Assembly (NCBI RefSeq): GCF_001677475.2
Contig: NZ_CP015229.1
Length of the DNA: 64,000 bases
Reading direction: 5' to 3' (one strand)
From: Escherichia coli
GTDB taxonomy: Bacteria > Pseudomonadota > Gammaproteobacteria > Enterobacterales > Enterobacteriaceae
Numbering within the stretch: the first letter of the stretch is position 1; the number at the start of each line of letters is the position of its first letter. This document shows positions 14,298-32,361 of the stretch, one piece after another. Below the pieces are notes generated by a model. It was not told the DNA's origin, searched no databases, and saw only the letters and a program-made list of their open reading frames with translations. The position numbers were made by a program, and so were the translations under genes.

Positions 14298-15899
14298 TCA
14301 GGATACCACTGGCGCAATTTGTAACTGCGCCGACTCATGTCGTGCTACTTCATGTTCTTCAAGGGTAAATACCACCACACGCGACGAAAGATGGTCGGCC
14401 TGATTCGCCAGTTGTTCCGTTGCCACCGCCGCTTCTTCTACCAGCGAGGCGTTCTGCTGAGTCACCTGATCCATCTGGCTGACAGCCTGTGCAACCTGCT
14501 CAATCCCCCGCCGTTGTTCTTCCGACGCCGAAGCAATTTCTCCCATAATGTCGTTCACGCGGGTCACCGAACTGACAATATCGGTCATGGTCGCGGCGGC
14601 GTTATTCACCAGTTTCGACCCCTGCTGGACACGATTGACTGACTCTTCGATCAGCCCTTTGATCTCTTTTGCTGCCTGCGCGCTACGGCTGGCAAGATTG
14701 CGCACTTCACCTGCCACTACCGCAAAACCACGCCCCTGCTCTCCGGCGCGAGCCGCTTCCACTGCCGCATTCAGGGCCAGAATATTGGTCTGGAAAGCAA
14801 TTCCGTCGATAACGCTGATAATGTCGCCAATTTTTTGCGAGCTGGTGGCGATCTCCTGCATGGTGTGAGTCATGGTACTGACTTGAACACCGCCCGCCTG
14901 CGCCGTTGTCGCGGCATTTTTTGCCAGTTCCGACGCCTGTCGTGCGTTATCGGCGTTTTGCCCTACCGTGGCGGTTAATTGCTCCATACTGGCGGCCGTT
15001 TGTGCCAGCGATGCCGCCTGCTGTTCGGTACGACTTGAGAGATCGTTATTGCCTGCGACAATCTCCGCGATACCAATGTGCATCTCCTGGCTTCCCTTAC
15101 GCACATCACTCACCGTCCCACGCAAAGCCTGCTGCATGGTCTTCAGGCTGGCAAAAATGGCGGTGATCTCATTACGACCATATACCGCAATCGGACGCGC
15201 CAGATTACCCGCAGCAATGCTGTCAAAATGGCTACCGATAATGGCCAGTGGTTGAACAATCATCTTGCGCGTCCACCACAGCGCACTGCTGATGTAGATT
15301 GCCGCAACAATAATCATGCTGATAAACACCAGCGCCGAAATCTGATAGTTACGCTGACTTTGCGTACTGGCGGCTTCCAGCACATGGTTGATCTCCAGCT
15401 GCCAGGCCTCAAAGTTAACGTCAAACGCATTCTGTGATCCCTGCACCGGCGCAGTGAGGAAATCCGAAAGTTGATTACTTTCAAGCCAGGTCGCCTGATG
15501 TTCGAGATCGTTGTGCCAGCGGGCAAAACTTTTCTCCGTCTCTTTTTGCAACGCCCTGACGTGCTCGTTGCCCGCAGTCATCGCCATAAAACTTTTAAAC
15601 AGCGTGGTGGATTGCGTCAGACTGGCGCGCGCCGTCGTCATCAACGTTTTAATGTCATCCGCCGGATAGCTAAGCGCCGTCAGAGTGCCTGCTTTGTTCA
15701 GCGCGGTACTGGCCTGTAACATTACCGCCCGAGTTTGCGCTAATGCCGCACGTTGCTGATTGCTCTGCTCGACCTGATTCAGTCGTTGCAAATCGTCGCG
15801 AAATGCCCAAAAAGACATGCCGTTACTGCCAATCTGCAAGATCCCGCAGAGAATCAAAATTAAAAACAGCGTGGTCGAAATTCGAATACGATTAAACAT
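14298..15899 (-). CDS. tap: Methyl-accepting chemotaxis protein IV (dipeptide/pyrimidine chemoreceptor Tap)
   Basis: 534-aa ORF with conserved MCP signalling domain; start set at second Met. Confidence 0.92.
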   Translation of the reverse strand: MFNRIRISTTLFLILILCGILQIGSNGMSFWAFRDDLQRLNQVEQSNQQRAALAQTRAVMLQASTALNKAGTLTALSYPADDIKTLMTTARASLTQSTTLFKSFMAMTAGNEHVRALQKETEKSFARWHNDLEHQATWLESNQLSDFLTAPVQGSQNAFDVNFEAWQLEINHVLEAASTQSQRNYQISALVFISMIIVAAIYISSALWWTRKMIVQPLAIIGSHFDSIAAGNLARPIAVYGRNEITAIFASLKTMQQALRGTVSDVRKGSQEMHIGIAEIVAGNNDLSSRTEQQAASLAQTAASMEQLTATVGQNADNARQASELAKNAATTAQAGGVQVSTMTHTMQEIATSSQKIGDIISVIDGIAFQTNILALNAAVEAARAGEQGRGFAVVAGEVRNLASRSAQAAKEIKGLIEESVNRVQQGSKLVNNAAATMTDIVSSVTRVNDIMGEIASASEEQRRGIEQVAQAVSQMDQVTQQNASLVEEAAVATEQLANQADHLSSRVVVFTLEEHEVARHESAQLQIAPVVS

Positions 15900-15944
15900 C
15901 AACGCTCCCCATCAGGCGGCAATGACCGCGTTAGTAAATACTCG

Positions 15945-17606
15945 TCAAAATGTTTCCCAGTTTGGATCTTGTTCAGCAATTCGCAGTCGTGGCTGTGCCG
16001 GTGGTTGCTCACTGGCAGGACGGGATGATGTTTGCTGTTTATTGGTGAGTGGGCTGGCTGCCAGACGAAACGCGGAAACCGCTTGCGTTAAACGACTGGC
16101 CTGTTCTTCCAGCGCAGCTGCGGCGGCAGCTGATTCCTGCACCAGCGATGCGTTCTGTTGCGTGACGCGATCCATTTCCGAAACCGCCAATGCGACTTGA
16201 TCGATGCCACGGCTCTGTTCATCCGATGCCGATGCAATCTCGCCCATAATGTCAGTCACGCGAGTGACAGCATTGACGATATTGTTCATTGTTTCCCCAG
16301 CGCTTTCGACCAGCACCGAACCGGTATCAACGCGCGAGACGGAGTCTTCAATGAGGGCTTTGATCTCTTTTGCCGCCTGGGCGCTGCGACTGGCAAGATT
16401 ACGCACTTCACCCGCCACCACGGCAAAACCACGGCCCTGTTCACCCGCACGCGCGGCCTCAACCGCGGCATTCAGCGCGAGGATATTAGTCTGGAAGGCA
16501 ATACCGTCGATAACGCTAATAATGTCGGCGATTTTCTTCGAACTATCGGCGATCTCATGCATCGTTTTCACTACGCCATCCACCACTTTGCCGCCGTGCT
16601 GGGCGGTGTCGGAGGCACTTTGCGCCAGTTGCGAGGCCTGGCGGGCGTTATCAGCGTTTTGCTTCACTGTCGCGGTGAGCTGCTCCATGCTGGCGGCAGT
16701 TTCTTCCAGCGCGGATGCCTGCTGTTCAGTACGGGAGGAAAGATCGGTGTTGCCCGCCGCAATTTCACGGGTACCGGCATAGATGGCATCGGAACCTTCG
16801 CGCACATGAGTGACGGTGTCAGTCAAAGAGCGTTGCATATGTGAAACGCTCTGCGCCAGGTCGCCCATTTCACTGCGCCCGTCAATGGTCAGGGTATTCG
16901 CCAGGTTACCACCGGCGATTTCGCGAATATGAGCAATAATTTTTGCCAGCGGTGTAAGCAACATACGGCGAATGCCGTACCACGCCACCAGCAGAATCAA
17001 TACCACCACCAGCGCAATAACCGCCAGTTGCCACTGGGCAAATCGGTAATCATCTGCGTTGTCAGTGACGATATCGCGATACAGTTTTTCACTGCTGAGG
17101 GCGTACTGAGCAAACGCTTCGCCCATTGCATTTTGCATTCCCTGGGTTGGCTGAGCGAAATAAGCTCCAGTATTGCCATAATCAAGATAATCAATCAGTT
17201 CAGTTAACGCTGTGTGATAGTTTTTATATTTTTCATCAATATTACGACTGGTAGCGACCATTTCAGGTAACGGTGCCATGCTTTTGAATTTTTTATAATG
17301 AGTCGCTGCCTGGGCCAATGTTTTCCTGGCGCTATCGAGTAATTCAACTTTGGCGTTACTTTGTTGATTTGAGGAATCCATCATCATCCGTACCGCTGAA
17401 CGACTCAGGTTAATGCGCGTTTGCAGCATTAAATCCCAGGTTGACGTCAGCTCGCCCTGCTGTTCCCGTAATTGATTGGAAACCACAAAGCTCTTCTGGC
17501 TATGGTGAAGGGAAGAAAAAAACAGACTGCCGGAAATAAGCTGTAACAGTGCGAATACCCCCAGCACCATTACCAACAGCGTGACTACGCGGATACGGTT
17601 AATCAT
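15945..17606 (-). CDS. tar: Methyl-accepting chemotaxis protein II (aspartate chemoreceptor Tar)
   Basis: 560-aa ORF; start set at MINRIRVV, which has an AGGAAGG Shine-Dalgarno sequence upstream. Confidence 0.94.
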   Translation of the reverse strand: MINRIRVVTLLVMVLGVFALLQLISGSLFFSSLHHSQKSFVVSNQLREQQGELTSTWDLMLQTRINLSRSAVRMMMDSSNQQSNAKVELLDSARKTLAQAATHYKKFKSMAPLPEMVATSRNIDEKYKNYHTALTELIDYLDYGNTGAYFAQPTQGMQNAMGEAFAQYALSSEKLYRDIVTDNADDYRFAQWQLAVIALVVVLILLVAWYGIRRMLLTPLAKIIAHIREIAGGNLANTLTIDGRSEMGDLAQSVSHMQRSLTDTVTHVREGSDAIYAGTREIAAGNTDLSSRTEQQASALEETAASMEQLTATVKQNADNARQASQLAQSASDTAQHGGKVVDGVVKTMHEIADSSKKIADIISVIDGIAFQTNILALNAAVEAARAGEQGRGFAVVAGEVRNLASRSAQAAKEIKALIEDSVSRVDTGSVLVESAGETMNNIVNAVTRVTDIMGEIASASDEQSRGIDQVALAVSEMDRVTQQNASLVQESAAAAAALEEQASRLTQAVSAFRLAASPLTNKQQTSSRPASEQPPAQPRLRIAEQDPNWETF

Positions 17607-17637
17607 AAGGCACCTTCCTGAAAACAAGTTGATCTCG

Positions 17638-17664
17638 TTATCGGCAAGGAGGGGGGAAACTTTA
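17638..17664 (-). promoter_or_regulatory. Sigma-28 (FliA) promoter of the tar-tap-cheRBYZ operon
   Basis: Minus-strand TAAAGTTT-N11-GCCGATAA, perfect match to the sigma-28 consensus, about 30 nt upstream of the tar start. Confidence 0.8.
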
Positions 17665-17694
17665 TTGCAGATGCCACCTACCGCTAAATTGAAA

Positions 17695-17722
17695 TAAAAA
17701 ACCCGATGCGCAGATCATCGGG
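17695..17722 (-). terminator. Rho-independent terminator after cheW (end of motAB-cheAW operon)
   Basis: CCCGATG...CATCGGG hairpin followed by a U-run on the minus strand. Confidence 0.6.
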
Positions 17723-17750
17723 TTCATTTCAATTGAGGAAATCAGGAGAA

Positions 17751-18254
17751 TTACGCCACTTCTGACGCCGCGCTATCTAACAGCGCCATCTCTTCGCTGT
17801 TCAGCAGTTTTTCGATGTTCACCAGAATCAACATGCGGTCACCCAGTGCGCCCAGTCCAGTGAGATATTCTGTTGAAAGCGTCACGGCAAATTCCGGTGC
17901 CGGACGAATTTGCTCCGCCGTCAATGAAAGCACATCTGAGACGCCGTCAACCACGATGCCGACCACCCGCTGTCCGAGATTCAGGACGATAACTACCGTG
18001 TTGTCGTTATAGTCCACATCCACCTGGCTGAACTTAATTCGTAAGTCAACAATCGGCACAATAACGCCGCGCAGATTCGTGACGCCTTTGATAAACGCAG
18101 GCGTGTTCGCAATCCGTGTTACCTGATCGTAGCCACGAATCTCCTGCACTTTCAGGATATCAATACCGTACTCTTCATCACCAAGGGTAAATACCAGAAA
18201 TTCCTGGCCTGACGGCTCGCTGGCCAGCTTTGTTACATTCGTCATACCGGTCAT
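17751..18254 (-). CDS. cheW: Chemotaxis coupling protein CheW
   Basis: 167-aa ORF, product recognised from translation. Confidence 0.96.
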
Positions 18255-18274
18255 ATTGTTACCTTTTTACTCAT

Positions 18275-21166
<2,892 letters not shown>

Positions 21167-21170
<4 letters not shown>

Positions 21171-22054
21171 GCTTCCTCGGTTGTCGTCTGTTGTTGCGGA
21201 TTTTTCACCGCACGCACATGCTCTTCCAGTTCAATAAACGATGGACGTTCGCTGGAATAGAGCGTTTTGCGACCAAACTCAACGGCGATAGGCGGTGCGT
21301 AACCGTTCAGATTAGAAAGCAGTGTGACTTTGACGCATTGCATCATTTTGCTGGTTTCGGCGCTTTTCTGACGTAAAACACTCGCTAATGGGGAAATAAA
21401 TCCGTAAGCCAATAAAATACCGAGGAAAGTCCCCACCATCGCATGTGCGATAAGCGCCCCCAGCTCGGCGGCAGGACGATCGGCTGAACCTAACGCGTGA
21501 ACGACCCCCATCACAGCCGCGACAATACCAAACGCCGGAAGTGAGTCCCCGACCAGCGCCAGACTGTTCGCCGGGACTTCTGCCTCGCTTTCGTGCGTCT
21601 CAATCTCTTCATCCATCAGGGCTTCGATTTCGAAGGTGTTCATGTGACCGCTGATAATCAGGCGCAGATAATCGACGATAAAATCAAGCATGACGCTATC
21701 CGCGAGGATGCGTGGGTAGCTGGCGAAGATCTCGCTCTCACGGGGATTTTCAATATCACGTTCCAGCGAAAACATCCCCATCTGCCGCGATTTCGCCATC
21801 AACCGATAAAGCAGAGCCAGCAGATCCATATACATTGCTTTGGTGTATTTGGAGCGACGAAACAGCAACGGCAGCGCCTTCAGCGTGCCTTTAATCGCTT
21901 TGCCATTATTGCCGACGATAAACGACCCAATCCCTGCACCGGCAATAATCACCAGTTCAGCGGGTTGATAGAGTGCTCCAAGGCTTCCACCGGTCATCAA
22001 ATAACCGCCGAAAACTGTACCGAGAACAACCAGGTAACCTAATAAGATAAGCAC
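21167..22054 (-). CDS. motA: Flagellar motor stator protein MotA
   Basis: 295-aa ORF, 4-nt overlap with motB. Confidence 0.95.
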
Positions 22055-22122
22055 GACATCATCCTTCCACTGTTGACCATGACAGGATGTTCAGTCGTCA
22101 GGCGTTAACGCGCGATTGGGGC

Positions 22123-22154
22123 AAAAAAAAGCAGCGGTACGTCGTTACCGCTGC
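22123..22154 (-). terminator. Rho-independent terminator after flhC
   Basis: GCAGCGGTA...TACCGCTGC hairpin followed by a run of 8 U on the minus strand. Confidence 0.6.
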
Positions 22155-22180
22155 TGGAATGTTGCGCCACACCGTATCAG

Positions 22181-22759
22181 TTAAACAGCCTGTACTCTCT
22201 GTTCATCCAGCAGTTGTGGGATAATATCGGCACGATTCTGGGAAAGTTTACGTCTTTTTACTGCCCGGGATGGCGGTTGACATAAGCTGCAGGCAAAGCT
22301 GCCAACAGGCTGGTGAGCGTGGGTAATAAAATTGCCGCCGCAGCAGTTGCAGCTGGAAAGTTGCAGTAATCCACTTTCAACAAACCGCACCAATGTCCAG
22401 GCACGGGTTAATGCCAGCAGCGGTCCTTCTTTTGCTTGCGGGCACTGTTCAAGGTATAAACGGTAAGCTTTGATCACCGCATCGACGCCATTACACAAAC
22501 CGGTTTTCAGTAAAAACTGCCATGCATTACAGAACATCGAAGCATGAACATTTTGTTCCCAGGTCATAAACCAGTCGGTTGAGAATGGCAGCATGCCTTT
22601 CGGCGGTGGGCTTCCGCGCAGTTCTTTATAAAGTTTTATCAGGCGTCCGCGACTTAACTGTGTTTCGCTTTCCAACATCTGCAAACGAGCGCCCAGGGTG
22701 ATCAATTCCATTGCCAGCTGAATATCCCGCGCTTCCTGAACAATGCTTTTTTCACTCAT
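22181..22759 (-). CDS. flhC: Flagellar master regulator subunit FlhC
   Basis: 192-aa ORF with Cys-cluster zinc site. Confidence 0.96.
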   Translation of the reverse strand: MSEKSIVQEARDIQLAMELITLGARLQMLESETQLSRGRLIKLYKELRGSPPPKGMLPFSTDWFMTWEQNVHASMFCNAWQFLLKTGLCNGVDAVIKAYRLYLEQCPQAKEGPLLALTRAWTLVRFVESGLLQLSSCNCCGGNFITHAHQPVGSFACSLCQPPSRAVKRRKLSQNRADIIPQLLDEQRVQAV

Positions 22760-22761
22760 GA

Positions 22762-23121
22762 TCAGGCCCTTTTCTTGCGCAGCGCTTCTTCAGGCTGATT
22801 AACATCATTCAGCAAGCGTGTTGAGAGCATGATGCCGGTATGAATTTGCTGGAGATCGTCAACGCGGGAATCTTGCGTCAACTGAGTAATCGTCTGGTGG
22901 CTGTCAAAACGGAAGTGACAAACCAGTTGATTGGTTTCTGCCAGCTTAACCATTTGCGGAAGAGTCAGTGCCGCTAACGTTGTCGCCATTTCTTCATTTA
23001 TGCCGAGACGAAACATTGCGGACGCTTTGTCCTGAACAATCAGACGCTGTGCAAGTAGTAAATATGACAAGTTGATGTCATAAATGTGTTTCAGCAACTC
23101 GGAGGTATGCATTATTCCCAC
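22762..23121 (-). CDS. flhD: Flagellar master regulator subunit FlhD
   Basis: 119-aa ORF; an alternative start at [12 protein letters not shown] would give 116 aa. Confidence 0.93.
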   Translation of the reverse strand: MGIMHTSELLKHIYDINLSYLLLAQRLIVQDKASAMFRLGINEEMATTLAALTLPQMVKLAETNQLVCHFRFDSHQTITQLTQDSRVDDLQQIHTGIMLSTRLLNDVNQPEEALRKKRA

Positions 23122-23892
23122 CCAGAATAACCAACTTTATTTTTATGCGGTCTCACCGCACCCCGTGATGTCGCCGGGAAGCCCCGGTAAAAAATAATTA
23201 GCATTAGAATAGTTGCGATAAGCTGCAATAGGCAGAGCCCCTTTTTGGGATTTAATAAGTCCTTACAAATAGAAGGGGTTCTTTACACTTATCTAAGATT
23301 TTTCCTAAATCGACGCAACTTTACTCGTCACTACACGCACATACAACGGAGGGGGGCTGCGATTTTCAATAATGTGTGATGCAGATCACACAAAACGCTC
23401 AATTACTTAACATAAATGTATAAGTCATACTTTTGTTTTGGGTGTATTTCAATCTGTTAAAAAGTTTTTCGCGACGCTAGCAAGCAAAAATGAAACAGGA
23501 ATAATCGAAATGGGATGTTGCGCACAGTTAAAATAACTCACCGTAAATAATCATCTGCTATAAATAATTGCTTTAATGCAATACCAGATAAGCTATTTTT
23601 AAACAGACACTTACCGCACAACAAACTAATTAAATACAAAGAAAGGCAACAATCAACTTAATGTTAATAAAATGTTTTACATATATTAACCACTTGTTTA
23701 ATATGGAGAATCAGTACATTATTTTCTTATAATTACAGTTGAAATCATATGATCACCGAGAGTGATTGATTAATTGTATTTACTAATAATCAGACTAATA
23801 TTTACCTGTTTGACTGAGTTGGGATTGCGTCGATTCTCCATTAGGAGTAAAGCTTTAATGTCACCTGAAGTTCACAGAATAAGGAACAGGTT

Positions 23893-24321
23893 ATGAGCTA
23901 TAGCAATATTCTTGTCGCTGTTGCGGTTACACCGGAAAGTCAGCAACTGCTGGCAAAAGCAGTATCTATCGCCAGGCCAGTAAAGGGACACATCAGTTTA
24001 ATTACTCTCGCTTCCGACCCGGAAATGTACAATCAATTAGCTGCGCCGATGCTTGAAGATTTACGCAGCGTGATGCAGGAAGAAACGCAAAGCTTTCTTG
24101 ATAAGTTAATTCAGGATGCGGGGTATCCCGTTGACAAGACGTTTATTGCCTACGGTGAGTTAAGCGAACATATTCTGGAAGTTTGTCGCAAATATCATTT
24201 CGATTTGGTGATTTGCGGTAATCACAATCACAGTTTCTTTTCGCGAGCATCCTGCTCGGCGAAAAGAGTGATTGCCTCTAGTGAGGTCGATGTGCTGTTA
24301 GTTCCACTTACGGGAGATTAA
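23893..24321 (+). CDS. uspC: Universal stress protein C
   Basis: 142-aa ORF, product recognised from translation. Confidence 0.9.
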   Translation: MSYSNILVAVAVTPESQQLLAKAVSIARPVKGHISLITLASDPEMYNQLAAPMLEDLRSVMQEETQSFLDKLIQDAGYPVDKTFIAYGELSEHILEVCRKYHFDLVICGNHNHSFFSRASCSAKRVIASSEVDVLLVPLTGD

Positions 24322-24327
24322 CCGCTC

Positions 24328-27680
<3,353 letters not shown>

Positions 27681-27694
27681 CATACTCTCCTTAC

Positions 27695-29209
27695 TCAGGC
27701 AACTGCCTGGCTGACTTTAGGCATCGCAAGGCTCAGTGCCTGACGCTCATCTGCCTGCTCGTGTAACAATTCACCGGCGATTTCGCCTTCCCGCATCACC
27801 ACAATCCGGTCGGCAACGCCGAGGACTTCAGGTAAGTCGCTGGAGGCAAACAGCACCGCCACGCCCTGCGCTGCCAGCGCATAAATCACGTTGTAAATTT
27901 CATGCTTAGCACCAACATCAATGCCGCGCGTAGGTTCATCCAGCAAAATGACCTTCATCTCTTCCGATAACCAGCGGCCCAGAATGGCTTTTTGCTGATT
28001 TCCGCCTGAAAGATTCATGATCAGTTGCTCTGCGCCCGGCGTTTTGATGTTGAGCGAACGAATGTGGTGATCGGCATTGTTTTCTTCCCAACCGTTGTTG
28101 ATTACACAACCGCCGAGCACATGTTTGCGTCTGGCACTGATGTTGATATTGTCGCGAACGGAGTGCACAGGAATAATGCCTTCCGCTTTGCGATCTTCCG
28201 GGCAGAGCATCATGCCTGCGGCAATAGCGTGGCTCGGTTTACGAATATCGATCGGCTGTTGGTCGATATAAACCTGACCGGCGGTGATTTGCGTCCCGCC
28301 AAACATGCCTTTCATTAATTCGCTACGCCCCGCCCCTACCAGACCAAACAGCCCAACAATTTCACCACTGCGAACCGCCAGACTTATTGGCGTACGCACG
28401 CCTGGTGCTTTCACAGCATCAAGACGCAGGCGCTCCTCGCCATAACTACGCGGTTGCCAGCCGTAGATATCGCCAATGTCGCGCCCGACCATCGCCTGCA
28501 CCAGCGCGTCGTGGTCAACCTGCTGCATATCGGTAAAGGTTTTGACATAACGTCCATCTTTAAAGACAGTGATGGCATCGCTGAGGGCAAATATTTCTTC
28601 CATACGGTGAGAAACGTATAAGATCACCCGCCCCTCTTTTCGCAGTTCACGAATAACGCGGAAAAGATTGTCGATTTCGCGGGCAGAGAGGGAGCTGGTT
28701 GGCTCATCAAAGGCGATAATTTTAGCGTTACGAGCCAGCGCTTTGGCGATTTCAACCATCTGCCACTGACCAATGGAGAGATATTTCAGCGGCGTGTCCG
28801 GGTCAATATCCATACCAAGATGTTTAAGTTGTAAACCCGCCTCATAATTCAGCAATGAGCGATTCACAATGCCGCCTTTATGCGGCAGCTGGCCGAGATA
28901 GATGTTTTCCGCGACGGTCATTTCCGGCACGAGATGCAGTTCCTGGTAAATAATCGCCACACCCGCGTTAAGTGCTGCGGTCGTGTCGGAAAAGGACATT
29001 TCCTGCCCATTAATCACTACAGAACCCGTGGTTGGCGCATAGTTGCCGCTGAGGATTTTTAAGAGAGTTGATTTTCCTGCGCCATTTTCACCCATCAACG
29101 CATGAACCTGACCGGCATAGCAGTCAAAACTAATATCCGTCAGCGCCTTAACGCCGGGAAACGTTTTACCGATGCCGCGAAATGAGAGATACGGGGTAGA
29201 CTGTTGCAT
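27695..29209 (-). CDS. araG: L-arabinose ABC transporter ATP-binding protein AraG
   Basis: 519-aa ORF with duplicated ABC ATPase domains; start set at [10 protein letters not shown] (504 aa). Confidence 0.93.
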
Positions 29210-29278
29210 AACGTCTCCGTGAATCACTGGTCGTTCACACCCCCTCTGCATCATGCAGAGGGGAATTTTTCCGGCAAA

Positions 29279-30268
29279 TTACTTACCGCCTAAACCTTTT
29301 TTCTCCAGTTCTTCTTTAAAGTTGTCACGCGTGATCAGCACCACGTCGGTAACTTCGGTGAATTTGGTCGGTTCAACACCTTTTGCTACCCAGTTGTAAA
29401 GCATTTCGCTGGACTTATAACCATGTACGTCCGGGCTTGGCAACAGGGAACCGTAGAAGCCGGTTGCCTGTGCCTTAGACAGTTCGCTCACCGCATCCAC
29501 ACCGTTAATACCGATACCGATGATATCGGCCGCTTTAAAGCCCTGACCTTCCGTCGCGCGTACGCCGCCCAGCACGGTGCTGTCGTTCATACCGACGATC
29601 AGCCAATGTTTAACTTCCGGATGTTGAACCAGCATTGAGTTGGCAGCGTCAAATGCCCCGGGGATGTCGTTAGATTTGGTAGGTACCTGATAAATTTGTT
29701 TTTCCGGGAATCCTGCAGCTTTCAGCGCATCCATAGAACCCGTAGTACGGCGACGAGCCGTATCCAGTTCGTTGGAGGTAATCGCCATCACCGCGCTTTC
29801 TTTGACATCCCAGCCACGTTTCTGCATCTCTTTATACAGTTCCTGGCCCTGACGTTCGCCAATTTTGGTCGCCGCCATCATCACCAGAGGAACGGTATCC
29901 ATTGGCTTACCTTTGGCGTTAACAAACTGGTCATCCACGGCAATGACTTTCATATCGTAGCCACGCGCTTTCGCCACGATGGCAGAACCGAGTTTGGGGT
30001 CCGGAGTACAAATAACGAAACCTTTTGCGCCACTGGCGGCCAGGCTGTCGATCGCGTTCAATGTTTTTTCGCCATCCGGCACGGCAATCTTAATAACTTC
30101 AAACCCTAAATCCTTCCCGGCTTTATCGGCAAACTTCCATTCGGTCTGGAACCACGGCTCTTCCGGTTGCTTCACCAGGAAACCGAGCTTCAGGTTCTCC
30201 GCCATAGCGGATTGTGACATAACGGCTGCCAGACCAATGGCTGCCAGGGCTTTAGTAAATTTGTGCAT
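29279..30268 (-). CDS. araF: L-arabinose-binding periplasmic protein AraF
   Basis: 329-aa ORF with signal peptide. Confidence 0.94.
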   Translation of the reverse strand: MHKFTKALAAIGLAAVMSQSAMAENLKLGFLVKQPEEPWFQTEWKFADKAGKDLGFEVIKIAVPDGEKTLNAIDSLAASGAKGFVICTPDPKLGSAIVAKARGYDMKVIAVDDQFVNAKGKPMDTVPLVMMAATKIGERQGQELYKEMQKRGWDVKESAVMAITSNELDTARRRTTGSMDALKAAGFPEKQIYQVPTKSNDIPGAFDAANSMLVQHPEVKHWLIVGMNDSTVLGGVRATEGQGFKAADIIGIGINGVDAVSELSKAQATGFYGSLLPSPDVHGYKSSEMLYNWVAKGVEPTKFTEVTDVVLITRDNFKEELEKKGLGGK

Positions 30269-31064
30269 GGTTCTCTCCAGCTTTAGTGTCGTTTTGTGTA
30301 GGGCAAAAACGAATGACTTTCGTTAAATTAATCGGAAAACAAAGCATTACCTTTTAACTAAAAGATAAGTGACCGTGTTGACATAGTTTTAGCGAGAAAT
30401 TAATTCTCCATAGGAGAGCAATATCACATCGCAGAATTACAGTGAGAACGTGCATAAATTTAGCGGGAAAAGACATAAGGGAAAGCCAATTTGTCAGACA
30501 AATTGTCGAATGCACAGCAGATTAATCCATAAGATTAGCTTGGAAATCCTTGTTGTCTTTGGTACCCATGCGGGATGTCTTCTTTTTAACCACTCAATAG
30601 GCCGCATTACCTGGTGTTGAGTTTTTGAAATGGTGTAATAACCGCAACTCAAAGATGTGGAAAATGCGCGTCATTCATTTCGCCATTAATTATCACCGTG
30701 CTCATTAATTAACAGAACACGTATACTGAGAGCCATATCGCAAAAATGAAAAAACGTTTTAAAAAATCATTGCTTCATCATGAATTCAAATACACCTATT
30801 AATATCAACAAGATACAAAAAGCACCATCATTAAAATTCATTGCAGTTACATTGATTTCATCAATGAAATGTAAAAATATATAAACTTGATGATTTAAGC
30901 ATTTTCTTATACCCGTTCAGACGTTATTCTTATTTCAGATCATCGTCAGAATTGACTCCACGATCACATTTCGGACCGGCAGAAAGGAATTATTCTGCAA
31001 ACAGTAATTATGGTGTTTTGATTTATCTTGCACCTCTCCACTTCTGGATATAAGGATATTAGGT

Positions 31065-31568
31065 ATGGCAACCGCTGGAATGCTTCTCAAACTCAACTCT
31101 CAAATGAACCGCGAGTTTTACGCATCCAATCTCTACCTTCACCTGAGTAACTGGTGTTCTGAACAGAGTCTTAACGGCACCGCCACTTTCCTTCGCGCCC
31201 AGGCACAAAGTAATGTGACCCAAATGATGCGCATGTTTAATTTTATGAAGAGTGTCGGCGCTACCCCCATCGTTAAAGCCATTGATGTTCCCGGTGAAAA
31301 ACTGAACTCTCTGGAAGAACTGTTCCAAAAAACGATGGAAGAATACGAGCAACGTTCAAGCACGCTGGCGCAGTTAGCCGATGAAGCGAAAGAACTGAAT
31401 GATGATTCAACCGTCAATTTCCTGCGCGATCTGGAAAAAGAACAGCAGCATGATGGCCTGTTGCTGCAAACCATTCTTGATGAAGTGCGCAGTGCGAAAC
31501 TTGCGGGTATGTGCCCTGTGCAGACCGACCAACATGTTCTGAATGTCGTGTCGCATCAGCTGCATTGA
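31065..31568 (+). CDS. ftnB: Ferritin-like protein FtnB
   Basis: 167-aa ORF, ferritin fold paralogous to ftnA. Confidence 0.9.
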   Translation: MATAGMLLKLNSQMNREFYASNLYLHLSNWCSEQSLNGTATFLRAQAQSNVTQMMRMFNFMKSVGATPIVKAIDVPGEKLNSLEELFQKTMEEYEQRSSTLAQLADEAKELNDDSTVNFLRDLEKEQQHDGLLLQTILDEVRSAKLAGMCPVQTDQHVLNVVSHQLH

Positions 31569-31609
31569 TCATACATCGGCGCTAATGCATTGCGCCGATG
31601 AAGTTTTTG

Positions 31610-31648
31610 AGAAACCGCTGCCTCATCTTTTTGAAGCAGCGGTTTTTT
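31610..31648. terminator. Hairpin terminator between convergent ftnB and yecJ
   Basis: AAACCGCTGC...GCAGCGGTTTTTT with flanking A and T runs. Confidence 0.55.
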
Positions 31649-31898
31649 AATGGGATTCGCCCTGTGGGGTAAACTTGAGTTCAATCAGCGCGATGGCTTT
31701 TTGGATTGCCCGCATGGTGACCGGGTCTGCGGCGGCGGGATGGTTAGTAAAGTTGATATTCTTCAGCTGGCTGGACATTTTTTCGCGAACTTCAACGGGC
31801 GCGATTACATCGAGAACATCCAGAATTTGTTTGATAACCAACTGGCAAGCAACCACATCAGAAACCAGTTCCTGATCGGCATTCAGCGGCTGGGACAT
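31647..31898 (-). CDS. yecJ: Uncharacterised protein YecJ
   Basis: 83-aa ORF at the syntenic position. Confidence 0.8.
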   Translation of the reverse strand: MSQPLNADQELVSDVVACQLVIKQILDVLDVIAPVEVREKMSSQLKNINFTNHPAAADPVTMRAIQKAIALIELKFTPQGESH

Positions 31899-32012
31899 CG
31901 TAAACTCCTGATAGCATTTTGAAAGCCGTTATAGTAGCGGCTTCACATCTTCAGCGATAGTCACATCCACCGTCATCAGGACACAAAAAAACCTGCCGGA
32001 GCAGGTTTTTTG

Positions 32013-32099
32013 TTATCGGAACATATTGCCTGGCGGTACGTCTTTGAACGTCTTGCAATAGTTATTGAACATACTTTTCAGGATTTTGCGCAGTTTCAT
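32013..32099 (-). CDS. azuC: Small protein AzuC (28 aa)
   Basis: Hand-translated minus-strand ORF MKLRKILKSMFNNYCKTFKDVPPGNMFR; too short for the supplied ORF track; hairpin terminator at 31985..32011. Confidence 0.85.
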   Translation of the reverse strand: MKLRKILKSMFNNYCKTFKDVPPGNMFR

Positions 32100-32361
32100 C
32101 GCGGCACTCCGACCATTTGTTATACAGGTGTTATTTTCTTTGCACTTATAATATGACAACCATCACAAAAATCAATCTTTATGTGATGTAAATCACATAA
32201 ATACCCCTTTAATGTTATAAAAATGATAATCAAAAAGCAGCACCCCCATTTCTGACACCTACAGATGGCAAGAAATAGCGCCTGCCAGGCGTCTTTTCCG
32301 GCCATTGTCGCAGCGCTGTAACACGTAAAATAGTGCTTTCTCTTACTCTTCTGGCTGGACC

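Noticed and set aside
15945-17627. Longer N-terminal extensions suggested by the ORF track for tar and several other genes (flhA, cheZ, cheA, otsB, araG, dcyD, tcyJ, fliZ, ftnA, fliE)
   Set aside because: The recognised protein N-termini begin at internal Met or GTG codons with better Shine-Dalgarno context. For tar the sigma-28 promoter lies within the putative extension. The shorter starts were used.
22055-22122. A sigma-28 consensus promoter for motA between the flhC terminator and motA
   Set aside because: No clear TAAA-N15-GCCGATAA match in this short interval; the motA promoter probably lies further upstream, so no promoter was annotated.
23122-23892. An IS element upstream of flhD as in K-12 laboratory strains
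   Set aside because: No transposase-length ORF or IS terminal repeats in this interval; it reads as native AT-rich regulatory DNA.
30269-31064. A hidden protein gene in the 796-bp araF-ftnB intergenic region
   Set aside because: No ORF of 60 aa or more in the track and nothing convincing on inspection; likely promoter and regulatory DNA for the divergent araFGH and ftnB units. A small RNA or micro-ORF cannot be excluded.
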